Shown piece after piece: positions 38,181 to 52,000 of a stretch of DNA of 64,000 nt. Position 1 is the first letter of the stretch. Every line of letters begins with the position of its first letter. Under the pieces are notes generated by a model. It searched no databases and was not told the DNA's origin. It saw nothing but the letters and a program-made list of their open reading frames with translations. The position numbers and the translations under genes were made by a program. The stretch comes from Octopus vulgaris (Eukaryota). Where the stretch lies: assembly GCA_951406725.2 (NCBI GenBank), contig OX597825.1, positions 40,982,001 to 41,046,000 of the forward strand. The letters run 5' to 3'.

Positions 38181-39136
38181 ATGTTATTGGAAAATGTCGT
38201 GAAAGCTAAATTTTATATGGAAAATAAATCTACAGGCTATTGAATCAAACGAATGTTTTTGACAAAGTCGTCTACAAAGTTTTAACTGCTGTTTTAGTTT
38301 TAAGTCTTGTCAGTAGATGATTGGTCGCTATCAGCTAAGAGTCAAAATGCAAAATATGCAGAAAGTCATATGTGAATGATGTAAATCAAACGAATGCATC
38401 GCAAATACTAGTAGTATTTTCCTGATGTCTGTACATAAGTGAAACATACTGAGACCAAACAATATGTGTAGCTGAGTGTGTCTTAATGGTACATATATAA
38501 CTCTGAGTCAGTATAATTATCAAGTTGTGCATACACTTGTAGAGATATTCAGTGTTGTCTGGTTAGAGATGTATGTTAGCATAAAGAGGGTTTTTTTAGC
38601 AAGCTTTTGAATGGAAGTACTGAGGGTGACTGGTATAGATACAGTGAAGATACTGATAGAATATGCATATAGATGTAATTTGTGTAATTTGCTGCTTTAT
38701 CCTACCTTGGTTGATAAATTTAAATATATGTCTAGTACTAGGATCACTAATCAACTAAACCCCACCCACCAAAATTACTGGCTCTGTATTTAAGTTAGGT
38801 GGCATTATATTCTAATATAATTGTATTAAAGTATTTTCCTGTCTTTCAATTTCTTAAAATAACATACCTCTTGTTAGTCAAGACATACACCAGACCATTT
38901 TGATTTAATTAGGATCAAGTTATTTACCTTAAACAACTTTTTCTAAAACATTTATGAAATTGAAATAAGTTTTGTAATATCTTTAAAATGAATGAAAACG
39001 CTAAAGTTAAAAAATAGTGAAATATGAAAATATAGTTTCTTATAAACTACCCATATAAGTCTGGTGGTGGTGAAACTAACCAGTATATTTCAGAAACGAT
39101 TTCATTTTTATAAATGTCTGTGGAAAGTTAGTGAAG

Positions 39137-40144
39137 GGATCTTTGGGGATTTTGTCTTTGTTTACAATTTTGTTCCGATTTTTATCAAATTTGGTATATG
39201 GATTAAGTTTTGCATACTAATTATGAAAAGGAAATTCATTTCCCCAATAAATCCATTATTAAAATTTATTATCCTTTCAAATTTGCAAAATTTGGGTATT
39301 TTAGCCAATCAGAAATGAGTATTTTACACATCACCAAGGCAAAAATCTCTGTTTCTCTAATAACCAATGATGCTGTGCATGTGCACAAGGAGGAGAAAGA
39401 AATACAAGAAAGATAATCTACTATAGTAATATTCTTGTGTTTTTCTCCATCACCACATATGAATGAGAAAGGGAGGGGTGACAGATGAATAAGGAAGGAA
39501 GGGGTGATGACAAACTGGTAGTGGGAGTGTATGACTCTGTGTCAGTATGTGTGTTTAAATAAAAGGGAGGTACGTGAATGCTTGTGTGCATGTGTAACAA
39601 ATGATGATCAATGTCACATTAATTTGATTTACCACCCATATTTATATATAAATTACTACAATTAGCGATCATTTTTGAAGGCACAGGGTCAGCTTGTTTA
39701 TTTTATAAGATCCTAGATTGTATTGCAAACATTTGTTCTTGAATTTTTTTAGCTAATAAATGTCTGTTTTAAACAATATTTTGACTGTTATTTCTAGCGA
39801 CTCCTGTTTGTTTGTTCATAGCTCTTAAATATTTAATTTGCTTGCAAATGTTTTAATATTACACTCATTTATGTATATTTTAATGTTTTGACTGTTATTT
39901 CTTGCAATGTTTTGACATGCCGCCCCCACCCCTGATGATGGAAAAGGCAATGAAACACTGTTTTCTGATTGGCTGAAAATTCTGAAAATTATCAAACTTC
40001 GAACATATGTAACATTTTTGCTAAATTTTTCTGGAATAAATGAATAACAAATTCGAATTCAGCATCAAAAATTATATTTATATGATACATTACATTTTTT
40101 TTTTTTTAGATAATTGTAAACAGTGATGAAAATCACAAAGATCC
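39137..40144. mobile_element. Non-autonomous DNA transposon with ~190-bp imperfect TIRs and 9-bp TSD (Mutator- or Merlin-like)
   Basis: Termini ggatctttg / caaagatcc; inner matches tgtttacaatt / aattgtaaaca and agccaatcagaaa / tttctgattggct; TSD ttagtgaag / tttgtgaag. Confidence 0.8.
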
Positions 40145-40628
40145 TTTGTGAAGAAAATGGGATCATCAATCAATAGATATATAGGAAGGAAAGAAAGGAA
40201 AAAGAGACTTTAAGCCAGAGTATGAGGCAGATTTTTCTATTCATTGTTAAAGTAGGGCCACTTTTATATTTTATCTGATGGAGTCACTTAGTCACCATTG
40301 TTTGCAACTTCAAACACTTCAGTGAAGCAAATCATAAGCATTTTTCATATAATTGTTCACCGAGATCAGAATTGAAGTAAAACAATTTAAATGTTTCGAA
40401 ATAATCCTTAAAGAGCTGGCAGTACTGTTGCCTCTACATAAATCTGATGTGAATATTTGTCCCTGAGTTTAATCAAAGTGATTCCTGATAGACTTACTGA
40501 CATAACTACAAAAGTATCTCTCCTTTGCTGGATTTGTTTCCTCATAACTTTCTGAAAAATTAATATCTTTTTTAATGAAATTCTTTTCAAATACTGTTCA
40601 GATTGAGTAAGTTACAGTTAAACTGGAA

Positions 40629-43600
40629 TTTGCTGTGAAAGAATTTTTTGGAGAGTGGAAGAAGAAAAGAAATGTTGACTGGTAGTATCTCTGTTAACTT
40701 AGAAGTGCTCTGTGGAAAGTTAGCTGTAGCAGAAACATGAGATAAACTGAAACTACAGTTTCACATCAACTGGAAAAGTATATGCAAACATTGCAGCTTC
40801 ATCACATACCTGTGCTTCCTCAGCCACGGCATACTGAGCCACCTTCCATGTAAAGGGTTTTAGCAGTAAATGGATATTCTTACTAGTGGAATGTGTTTGA
40901 CAAAATGAGAATCAATAGATGTGCCAGTGTGATGAAATAATATGGCTGCAGTGCAACGATTAGGCTGAAATAAACAGTGATGATAGATGAGTTCATTACT
41001 TCCTTTCAAAGAAAACTTACAGTGAAGCGCATGACTGGAAAATAGCTCATTGTCTCCATCCTATTTCCCATGCAGAAAAAGCTCTGACTCTAGCCAGAAT
41101 TTAAGCACCTTAAAAGGACTGTCTGTCCAGCAACAAATGTTAGCATGAAATTGCATTGCTGTGTTTTAAGCTTATATCCACCATCTTATGAAAATTCTGT
41201 TGTGATCTCTATGCCGCAGTCTTCTTTGATTTCTGTGTTGTTAGATATAGTGATGTTGACATTGTCTATGACCTATCCGATTGAGTGAAATATTTTTCAA
41301 CACATTTATCTCAGGTGTTAATTGCTCAAAAGGCAAAACCTACAAGAGAGTACCAATGACAGACTAGGTGTGTAATTCTAAAAGATTTCTGCAACTTAGT
41401 CTCATGGTTGAACAAATGTCACTGTACATAGAATTCATCTAGTCCCCAAACCAAATTTTTTGCACTGAACACAGCTGCCAATTAGTGATGACAGACCTGT
41501 CAACAGATTTTGATTCATCAAAATAGATCACATTCCACCAAGGACAGGTATATTATCTATCTTCTCTATGCTGTAATACATGTGGTAGAATTGTCAAATA
41601 AAATCTGAAACTGTATGAGAAGAGTTAGAAGTAGGATATTTTCAATTACCTCTTGTTTGTATTCCTTTCCTGCAGTTCCACAATTCTCCAAAACAAAAAG
41701 AAAAGAAAAATAAATTGTGTTATTGTTGACTAACTGTAACAAAAAGTAAGTCCGTTTCTTTTTTTAAAGCTGATTGTGAAGAACTATTAGAAAATCTCTT
41801 TAACAAAAACTATCAGATCAGAATCAATGTTTTAACAAAGAGATAACAATAGCAAACAATAGCTTGAGAATAGAGTTCATCATGACTATTGCTCAGTCAT
41901 TTCTTTTACATGGAACATAAAGGTTAGATTGTCTGAGCTACAGCAAGCTCTCAGATTCAAGGATGCAACAGCTGTTTGATAAACCAAGGTAGCAGAGACA
42001 TAAATCAGCAACATATTCACCATTAGTTATTTGATGTGCCATAACGGCTGTGTGCTTTTTGATTCTAGGAAGAAATGAGGAGTTTTTGAGCAGTACTTTA
42101 TCTGACAATGAGCTATAGTGTCTACCGCAATGGTTTACCATGATTCTAGACAGAAGAGTTGGTGCATGTAATGAAAAAACAATAAGGTTATGAAATACAG
42201 CAGAGTTAAGTGGTTGTGTCAGTGACAAATAACATTTTGTTTTTTTTTTATTCTGGATGGTTTGCTTACAGAATAGTCTAATCTAGTGGCAATAGGATTT
42301 CTCTGCAGGGTAAGCTACACCTTATTCTCAGTACCTCAGTTTCAGTTTTAAAATATATATATCTAGATTGAAATGGCAAATCAGAGACTTCTGATCTATA
42401 TAGCCAACCATTGTGCACTCTGATAGCAAAAATATTGATGTTGATGACGATGACAGCCAGGAGGTGGAAGGGATATTTATGTTGATGTTGATCATGTTAG
42501 CAGCCTTTCTGTAGTTGTCGCACTGCCAAAAACGTTTCCTCAGTTATATATCTTTCAATAAGTATATAAATGAAAACCATTTCCCAAAAGCATTTACACA
42601 TGAAATACTATCTTGTGGTCCCCACTTAAACAGTTATTCATGTCCATAACTAAAATTTATATATTTTTATTGTGTTTTATATTTGCATTTGAAGTTTTGT
42701 CTATGTTGCACTGAGGAGTCTAATATGAAATAACCATAAGGAATTGCTTGTTTTGCTTTAGCACACAGAAGCACTTAACAGTTTATCTGTATCGATAGGT
42801 AACTGTGGAAAGATATTTCGTTTGTGCAAAGATTAAATCGCACATTAACAAATATAAATGTGTTCAGAGAGAACACAGTGCACGTCAAGTGAGTAAAACA
42901 CATTACTGAACAAATAAATTGTAGCTTAGTAGCAAAGAAAAACTAAACAAAAGATGCTTACAAAAACAATTACATTGTATGTTGCAAGTTAAATCTTCTC
43001 CTAAAGAAAGAACATGTTTAGATCATTTTTTCCCCTCCTGTAGTAAACAGAATTGGGTGTACTTGTATTTGTAAAGTGCTTTACAGCTCTAAATCTTTCA
43101 GAATTTGAATCTTGCAGTTCTCTTGATGATTAACAGTGTCAGGTTAATCTCTTGTGTGAAATTTCTTAAGCAACTTTTCAAACAGAAATGACTGATTTAC
43201 AAGTCCAGAAATGTCAGTTTATAGCAACAGAATATTTGATATAAACATTTACTGGGCTAAAAATGGAGATTATATGAGAAGTTTTTGTAGTGAGAATGAA
43301 ACAAAATCTCAATATTTTCCAATTAACGAATCATTTTTATCCATTAACTTCTGTTTCTTGTGCTGGCATGGAAGGAAAAATATCTTTCTTTTTCATTTGG
43401 GGCAATTGCTTTTACAGCTGCATATCCATCTTATACGCTAAACCATAAAATATCAAATATCGTCAGTATGTTGTGGCTGATGATGCACAGGTATGTGATG
43501 AAGCTGCAATGTTTGCATATACTCTTCCAGTTGATGTGAAACCGTAGTTTCAGTTTGTCCCATGCTTCTGCTACAGCTAACTTTCCACAGAGCTGTAGTA

Positions 43601-43678
43601 TTAGCACTTCTAAGTTAACAGCGATAATACCAGTCAAAATTTCTTCTTCCACTCTCCAAAAAGCTCTTTCACAGCAAA
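40629..43678. repeat. Long inverted repeat pair (40629-40837 and 43463-43678)
   Basis: ~210-bp arms that are reverse complements with scattered substitutions and small indels; ~2.6-kb spacer. Confidence 0.9.
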
Positions 43679-43849
43679 AGTAAATAAAAGAATTTGTTTT
43701 GACCACATGGACATACTTTCTGAACTTCATACTTTCAACTTTCCAATCCTCACTCTTCATATGAACATCTTTGCAAAAACTACCTTGAAACTAAAGGACC
43801 AGTTTGTTGAAATGCATGCCTGCAACAAAATAATGAACATTTGTAATTG

Positions 43850-44290
43850 TAAGAAGTCGAGCTGACAGGATCATAGCAAAAACAATGCATGTTTTTACTT
43901 GCAGTTGGCTACAACCTGTACAGTCTAAGTTCAGATTCCTCCAAAGTCAGCTTTCGTCTTTCATCCTTCCAGAGTTGATAAAATAAAAACTCAATCAAGT
44001 ACTGAGATTGATAGAACTGACTAACTTCATCCCGCTAAAACTGCTGGCTTTGAGCCAAAATTTTAAAGAATTTTTAATCATAAGTGTCAGTGGTGTATTG
44101 ACTGAAAAATAGTAAGAGGGCCAAACAAAAAATGCTTTGTGATATTTGTGTGTTGTGAATTTAACTCCTACTGATGTCAACTTTGCTTTCCATCTTCCTG
44201 GGATTTAAAAACTAAAATGCAAGTCCAAATAATAGAGTCAGTTTGTTCGATTGTCTTCTCCTTCATAAGTTGTAGTCTTGTCAAAAACAA
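43850..44290 (+). mobile_element. Two adjacent decayed SINE family B copies
   Basis: gtcagctttcgtctttcatccttccagagttgataaaat and gtcaactttgctttccatcttcctggga cores. Confidence 0.65.
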
Positions 44291-47032
44291 CTGTCTCTAA
44301 TTACAGTATAATATAAATATTGTACATAGTTTTATATATTAAAGAGCAATGCATTGTAATTTCTGTAGGATCTATATGGTTTCACCTGGCCAGTGTATAT
44401 ACGATCTTCCTATATGCATATAAAATCTTCTTCTATCGACCTAGCAGTCTCATTATGCTTGCTGAGGCAGTTAGATATAAGCAAAATTTATTAGAAGTCT
44501 GCCAGGAATCAGGCTATCTTTCCAGTCACTACTTTAGATATTTCAAATTTTAATTAATTGCTATTATGATGTTTCAATTCATTTAAATTTCTTTTAATAC
44601 TGTTTGATTTAAAACTGTCACCTTTGTTTACATTTAATTTAGTTAAGCATTGCCCAATAATGTTTCTTTCCCATTGATAGAAATAGCTTCATTTACTACA
44701 TTCAGCATTAACTGTGTTAGCACCAACTTTACTAGAGTACAATGAATTTAATGTATTTTTTTCCACAGAGGGCACATAATGTACATCCTACAAAATTGCC
44801 TTAGGAATAAACTCAAGGACCTAGAATTATTTAAAATGTTGTCAAAGACTAAACACCATGTAAGTTTGAATATTTTGGTCTTTACTACGTTAGGTGTGTT
44901 ACTGAAATACTGAAATAGGTAACAGGAGAAAATAGAGCATGCTAATCTGTAGGTTCAGTATAATATGATAAAGATAATCCAAGGTAAATCTATCTTCCTT
45001 ATCAGCCATCTTATGCTCAAGCAGAATTTACTAGTTCATCAATAAGTTTCAGAGAGTAATTCTGGAATAACAAACAAATTAACAATGTAAATATATTATA
45101 GTACAAATCTTACTATAGAATGACGCTCTTACATTTCAGACTGTTTGTCTTTCATCAGAAACAAAAGAGTGTGAACAAAAAAAGAACGATGAGAGCAAAA
45201 ATAGAAAGAACAGAGGAGAAATGAAGAACAAAATAGTTCCAAGAGATAAGAATCTTGTGAGCTATTTAATTTGCTGCAAAATTTAGTTCATAGGATAACA
45301 TGTCAGCTAATTGGATTGGATTTCCATTCTACAGAAACTATTCAATCTTATCATTTTATTCAAGATATTTCTTCCTTGAGACTAGGCTCAAATCCCCTAT
45401 ATTTTGTGAATGGAGGACTTTTAGGTTGGTGGTGTATTAAAATTAATCTAAACTTACTTTAATAGCTGCATAATATGTTCAATAGGACAGTCTGTTCTTA
45501 GTTCCTTTCTTCTTTTCCTCTTGATTTGATACAGGACAAACATTCCAAACACTAAAATTTCATCATTCATTCCAGCATGAAGCAAATATTATAACATTGC
45601 ATTTCTATTGTTTGGTTGTGTATACTGATCTTCAAATACATCATTTTTCTTAATAAAAATATTTTAGTAAGCTCATCAGACATTTACTGAATATTTTCTA
45701 TGCAACTATGGATTCACATTCAACACTTAAACTACCATTTCTGGTATCCCTGTACAAATTGAGTGAGCTTGAAATAATAGCAAAGTCCCCCCACCCCACC
45801 CCACCCACCCATAAATTGTAGCTTAATGGGATAGTCATGGTTGGAATACTTTTAATTATAAGATGTTCAATATCGAAGTAAATTACAACTTTTTGCTTGT
45901 TGCTAAAGATTGAATTATTTTATCTAACCCTGTCTTATTCTTGTTTCATCTTAGCTTTTCACACTCAACTCATCACTATACTTAAACCACACTCGAAAAA
46001 TAAAATGGTTTCATCTTTGCATTGATTTTGATAAACAAAAGCCTTTTTACTATAATAATTATTTTATCCCTCTCATTTCTATACATTATCTAAATGAAAA
46101 TATTTGAAGGAAACAGTAATATCATATGATAACCATATAAAACAAGTTATCTTCTGCAATGACTTATACATACATATACATATACTTTTATGTACACACA
46201 CACACACACACACAGTTATACATGAAACCATGCACTAGACACACACGCACACTTATTGAAATTAACCTGAATTATTGAAGTAAAGTAATTTGAAGAAGGA
46301 AATAATGAATCGTCTGGAGCCATTATCTGCAGTATGATATCAAACTGATTCAATGCAGTATATCAAGTTTTGTATAAATAGCAGAATAATCATTGTGTTC
46401 ATATCACTTCAAGATTCCTATTGAACGTATCATGCAGCTTTTGAAATAAGTTTAGATTAATCTTAATACACCACTGAACTAAAAGTCTTCTATTCACAAA
46501 GTACAGGGGATTTGATGCTATTCTCAAGGAAGAGATATCATGAATAAAACACCACCATAGATACTACAGGAAGGAATGCTCCAATAAAGGAAACTTCTGT
46601 GTAGTTACTTGATAAGCTAGAAAACAAATTATATGCAATTTACATTCTACTTTTTAAATTGGAACATTGTACAATGTAATCCCTGGTAGACAGGAAAACA
46701 AATAAATAAAAACCACGGAATGGTCATGGCTGGAATGTCTTTTATCGCAGTTGTGTTTAATCAGAGTTAGCCAACATCACCAACATTATCAGCAAAATAA
46801 ATTTTTCAATTACTACATATTGCTCCTTTGAAATAGTAACAATTCATTTCCTGTTTCACTTTTTAGATGTTACAGTATTCATTTTGAATTGATAGGGTTA
46901 TAACATGTCAAGATGAGCTGAATACGCCATAGGTAGGTTTATATCAACCTTTGAATAAATGAAGCATAAAACTGATTGCAGTAGAATTTGATTTTGATAT
47001 TTGTTAAGCACTTGTAAGAAATGTTAAAGATT

Positions 47033-47213
47033 ACTGGTGAAAAAGGGTCCCTACCAGTCCTGTCTGTGGAGGAGGTCACTGCAAGTTCAATCTGTGGAAA
47101 AGGCCACTGCTTGACCTCTCTGTGGAAAAGGTCACTACCAGTCCTAACTGTGGAGAAGGTTACTGCAAGTTCTATTAGTGGAAAGGTCACTGCCTGTCCT
47201 GACTGTGAAAAGG
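47033..47213 (+). repeat. 28-bp minisatellite with an 84-bp higher-order period
   Basis: About 6.5 units of tgtggaaaaggtcactgc...; units 1 and 4 share ctaccagtcct, units 2 and 5 share ctgcaagttc. Confidence 0.85.
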
Positions 47214-48859
47214 ATTTAACAGATTTTTTTTATAAAACAACTGCAATATTACAAAGTATTTATTCATTAAAAATAATCAATATCTCATAACGAAATTATT
47301 TCATATTTCACCAAAGTTTCAGTAAAATATTCTATATATTTTCAGATCCTCTTTAATTATAATCTTGCTAGCTTTGTCATCCATGTCTGTTATAGCACCA
47401 AAACACTGTTATTATATTCCTACTCTCCTCTATTGTGGAATTCTTAAGATTTTGTAATTTCAAGAAAATGGTAAATATAATATTCAAGACCTTGTGACCT
47501 GAAAATTGATATTCTCGAAGTTATCAAATGAAATTTTATCATAGAATTGGCTTTCATCAATGAAAGCATGTTTTTCACTCTCTCTCTCTGTTTCTTATCA
47601 TTATTTTCTCTTTCATTAGCTTGTGTGTGTGTGTGTGTGTGTGTGTGTTCTTCATATTAATAGAATATGGCTGCATCAATAGAAAAACATTTATTGGAAA
47701 TTTTGCTTCACTTAAAATCTGTAATTATATTCTTCGTATGTACATACATACGTGTGTGTGTGTGTGTGTGTGTGTGTGCATGTGCTTGTGTGTGTGTGTG
47801 GGTGTATGTAGGTGTGAATGTCTTCATCCTTCCATGTAAGCAATGTATAATATTTCACACTTTTCATATGCTATCACATAGTTAATTCTGCTTTGACACA
47901 CTTCTGTTCCTAGTAAATCATAATTAGACCAATTTTTGGCCATTAGCATTTATATCTTTAGCAGTCATTAAAACACACATTAATCATCAATATTAGTAAG
48001 AATTACTTACATATCCAATAAGATTCCTATTAGCAATATATTTGATGGAAATAAAGTGAAGAATTTGTGAAATCAAACTGCAGATCCAGATCATTAAAAC
48101 ATGCTGTGAGGTAAGTTACACAGATTTTGTCTTTACATTCTTTCCTAAATAATAATACATAGATCTATTTATAAAACATTTGTAGCATAAGGAGGCTATA
48201 ATGCATGATGATATATGATCCACTAGGTGATAATCTGGTCGAGCCAAACTCATCTTCAGATAGAGTTGGCTGCAGGGTTCTGTATAAGGTCTCTTGATCT
48301 TTGACAGATTTTATTTTTAATCCTGCTCAGAACCAACACACTTTTTTCTAATATAGTATACTGAGTGAAGGACTGAGTTAATCACTATTTATCCAGTCAC
48401 AAGAGATTTAGGTGTTAAGGTCATCCCTATAGATTTTCTCTAGAAATTATAACCAGCATTAATTTTATTACAACCTTTCATATCTGAGATGTCAAATGTA
48501 AACAAACAAATGATGTTGAAGATAAAAAAAAGTGGATAATGGGCATTTATGCAATATTTCTGGAATTTTTGCTCCTTTATCAGGACCCATCTAACCCATT
48601 AATCATTGACAAACTCATTGCATAAATAACCACTACATATAAACGTTTAATGTACTTTATAGCATATTATGGTTGCATAACAAAGTACTCTGAGAATATA
48701 AGTCATTAATATTTACATACCAGCTTCCAGGAATGTGTTTAATATGTAAATTGATGTGTGTGTGTGTGTGTGTGTGCTTGTGTGTTTGTGTGTATGTGTG
48801 TGTGTGTGTGTGAGTTCCAAAAATTCTCATTGCTTTTGCAACCTTGTCAATGTATACCA

Positions 48860-49003
48860 ATTCTGTCCATAGACTTCAAATCCACTCACAAGGTCAACCC
48901 AAGGCTATAGTACAAGGCATTTGATCAAGGTGTCACACAGTGGGACTGAACCCAGAACCATGTGGTTGGGAAGCAAGATTCTTACAACACAGTTCTGCCT
49001 GTG
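48860..49003 (-). mobile_element. SINE family A head
   Basis: cagtgggactgaacccagaaccatgtggttgggaagcaag, nearly identical to 25522-25560. Confidence 0.85.
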
Positions 49004-50354
49004 CCATTAATTTAATAAATTCATAAGAATGCAAGTCAAATTCAACCCTAGTTGTATTTGAATGTAGAATGTAAAGGAATATAATAAAACAACATCAGGC
49101 ATTTCAACTGTTGTCCCAATGCTTCTACCAATACAGCACCCTTTCTTATAGAATATTTTAAATATACATTAGTACAGGCTACCTACCAAAACATTCCATG
49201 AACCTAAAAACAATTTTCTTAAATGTAACTCCTGACTCAGGGTTATTTGATTAATATATTTCAAAGATTTACTTCCAGTAACTTCATATATCTAAGCTCT
49301 GAGTGTAAATTCTACTAAGTTTACTATAGTTTGACAGAGAAAATTAACAATAATAGGTAACCAAAGAAGGAGCCTTTATGTAATTGTCTGCTCTGCTAGA
49401 AAGGGCTGTCAATTAATCTTAAATCATACTCAACAGTGTAGTCTCGGATTTACACAAGAATGATGATGAATCATAGGTCTGAATTTAAACAACAAAAGGT
49501 AACAATACTCCTTTGTTGTACAGTCTAAATTTTTTAGTGTATAAGATAGTGAGATGTCAAAGCTAGCAACTGTAAATGAAACAGAACAGCCTTCTACATG
49601 AGCCAACATAGAAACCGCTACATTGTCTCAAACTTGTAGAAATAGTAGCCAAGTTACCCAGTATTCACACTCTACTATCTTAAAAAATTATAATACACAA
49701 TTTTACTCAAGTACTTTTTTCCTTGATTTCATTCACTTCACTGTGACCATGAAGAGGTGCAACCTTTAATAACTCATTATTATTGCTTGTTGCTTTCAGT
49801 CACATTTTCATATTTTTCAGAACAATTAAGTTTTGTCTTTCAATATTTAAGCAGTTGATGGAAAATTGTTAAACACAGGTTTGCTAAACCACAGCTGACA
49901 TAAGAATAAAGAACAACAGCTTTTAGGAGACAAATGAAAATTTGAGCAAGCTACTTTATTCAGATGAGCAGGTGGTAAGTTTGTCCAAGAAATCAACTGC
50001 TAAATACAGCATTCTATTTCCATACTGGAAGGGGGTTATTTCTCACCAGTTTGATACTTCAGAAACTTGAGTAAGGCTAAATGCTGTAGATTCTTATAGC
50101 TCATGAAAATCTTAACATAAAAACAGTATATTCAGTTACACCATTCACATGAAACTAACCACATCCCTAGTTCAAGTACTATCAAAAATGAATTTGATAC
50201 ATAAATTTTAATCACAGTAAAAATACATTATTTCTCTGACATGGTTTAACGCTACATAGCAGTATAAAAGAATATTCTTTCTTTAAGAAAACTTCGATAA
50301 AAATTACAACAAACAAATAAATTGTATGTTTATGGAGATACACACACTCATGCA

Positions 50355-50470
50355 AAGGCATGGTTTTATGCGAAGAAGTTTGCTTCCTAATCCCAAGTCT
50401 TTGGGTTCAGTCCTACTGCATGACACTTTATGCAAATATAGCCCCAGATCAATCTAAAACTTGTGTGGTT
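50355..50470 (+). mobile_element. SINE family A head, decayed
   Basis: aggcatggttttatgcgaagaagtttgcttcct...gggttcagtcctactgc. Confidence 0.7.
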
Positions 50471-51472
50471 CATTTATAGTATTACAACAGGTCCCACATT
50501 ATCTTAAATGAGTCCTGAAGACAGCAGATGCAATTAGGTAATTAAATAACATATCACTATGTCTGCTACTTTCCCATATTGTTCAATTACTCCTGTTATG
50601 TTTTGTGGAGTTGCTCTATTTCTTAACTATTTTCCTCCATTAAATTTAAATCTAATTGTATTCAGGAAGTTACAGTCACTAATGTACTTGTCCTCTCTTG
50701 TACTTCTCTAATCAGTGTTATTTGTTATTTTGTTTTGCTCCATAACATTATTGTTTTCATCATTGTTGCCAGCTACCCTCCATACATAACTATGGTGTTA
50801 TTGTTTATTATGTGTGTCGTTCATATTGTAAGTTATTTTCGCCATTGTTTGAAACATTGAACTCGTTTGAAGAATGAAACTCTCTATTTTTATCATTAGG
50901 TACAATCATCTACATTGTAGTTAGAGCTGCTAGAAAGAACAACTAAATTTTTTAAAGTTCTACCCCACTATCTTACAAAAGAACCACTCACTGGATGGTG
51001 TAGCATATGTAGCAAAATGACTGAATACAAAATCAAATAGTCAAGACTGGAACATCTTTGGGCATCAGAATTGACTTTAGCTGGAAAATAGCATAGTGAA
51101 GATTATTAACTAAATTTTGTGTTTAGGTATTCAGTTAATACCTAAATATTTTAGTAAAACTTTGCACTCTTCCAACTGAAGCAGTTCATTTCTTTTCTCT
51201 ATATGTAACTAAATTATAGAAACATTTTGTGCTAACTTATTAGTTTAATGTTTGTAAAATATACCTTAGTGGGACCATATATTTGACAAACAAATAAAAC
51301 ATATATTTAAAAACAGATAACAGATATATTCAAACAGACACAGATATACAGACTGACCATAACTATCTTTATCTAATTTATGCATATATATATATATATA
51401 TACAGATATATATATACATATATATACATACATATATACATATATATATATATACATATATATTTATATATA

Positions 51473-51708
51473 CCATGGTGGACCGGCCAGGTTGCCAGCT
51501 TACTCGATGGCAAGTCAGCCCCTGTGCCATTAGAATCTATACATGGTGTCCCATGTTAGTATCTAAGAGGCCTATCCCCTCAAGTTTGAGAAATTTTTAT
51601 TCACTCCTGGAAGAATACATAAAAAAAAAATTAAATGATGGCATTGTAGCTGCAGGTGGGCCCCTTAGTCTTCTGGCAACCAATATCTGTAGACCCAGTC
51701 TACCACTG
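51473..51708. mobile_element. Possible hAT-like MITE
   Basis: Imperfect TIRs ccatggtggaccgg / ccagtctaccactg; ~235 bp; embedded in (TA)n; no clear TSD. Confidence 0.45.
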
Positions 51709-51789
51709 TATACAAACATATATATATATACAAAGACAGTGAGTAGACAAAATCATTACGAAGCCAGGAAAAATGTTTAGTAACAATTT

Positions 51790-51925
51790 TCCAACTTCAC
51801 CAGAGATGATTTTGCCTTTCATCCTTTCAGGAGTAATATTATAAGTACCAGTTGAACACTGGTGTTGACGTAATCAACTTATCCCCTACCTCAAACTTGC
51901 TGGCATTGAGTCAAACTTTGAAACC
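51790..51925 (+). mobile_element. SINE family B 3' part
   Basis: ttttgcctttcatcctttcaggagtaatattataagtaccagttgaacactgg. Confidence 0.8.
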
Positions 51926-51947
51926 TATGTGTGTGTGTATGTATGTA

Positions 51948-52000
<53 letters not shown>

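Noticed and set aside
39932-39965. CTGATGA...GAAAC hammerhead-like string
   Set aside because: Stems I and II do not pair; it lies at the inner edge of a DNA transposon TIR.
19492-44859. Isolated plus-strand exon-like segments (19492-19559, ~35611-35697, 44769-44859)
   Set aside because: Good splice sites but the phases do not chain and no recognisable protein results; expected by chance.
47033-47213. CRISPR-like array
   Set aside because: Units are contiguous with no unique spacers; eukaryotic context and no cas genes.
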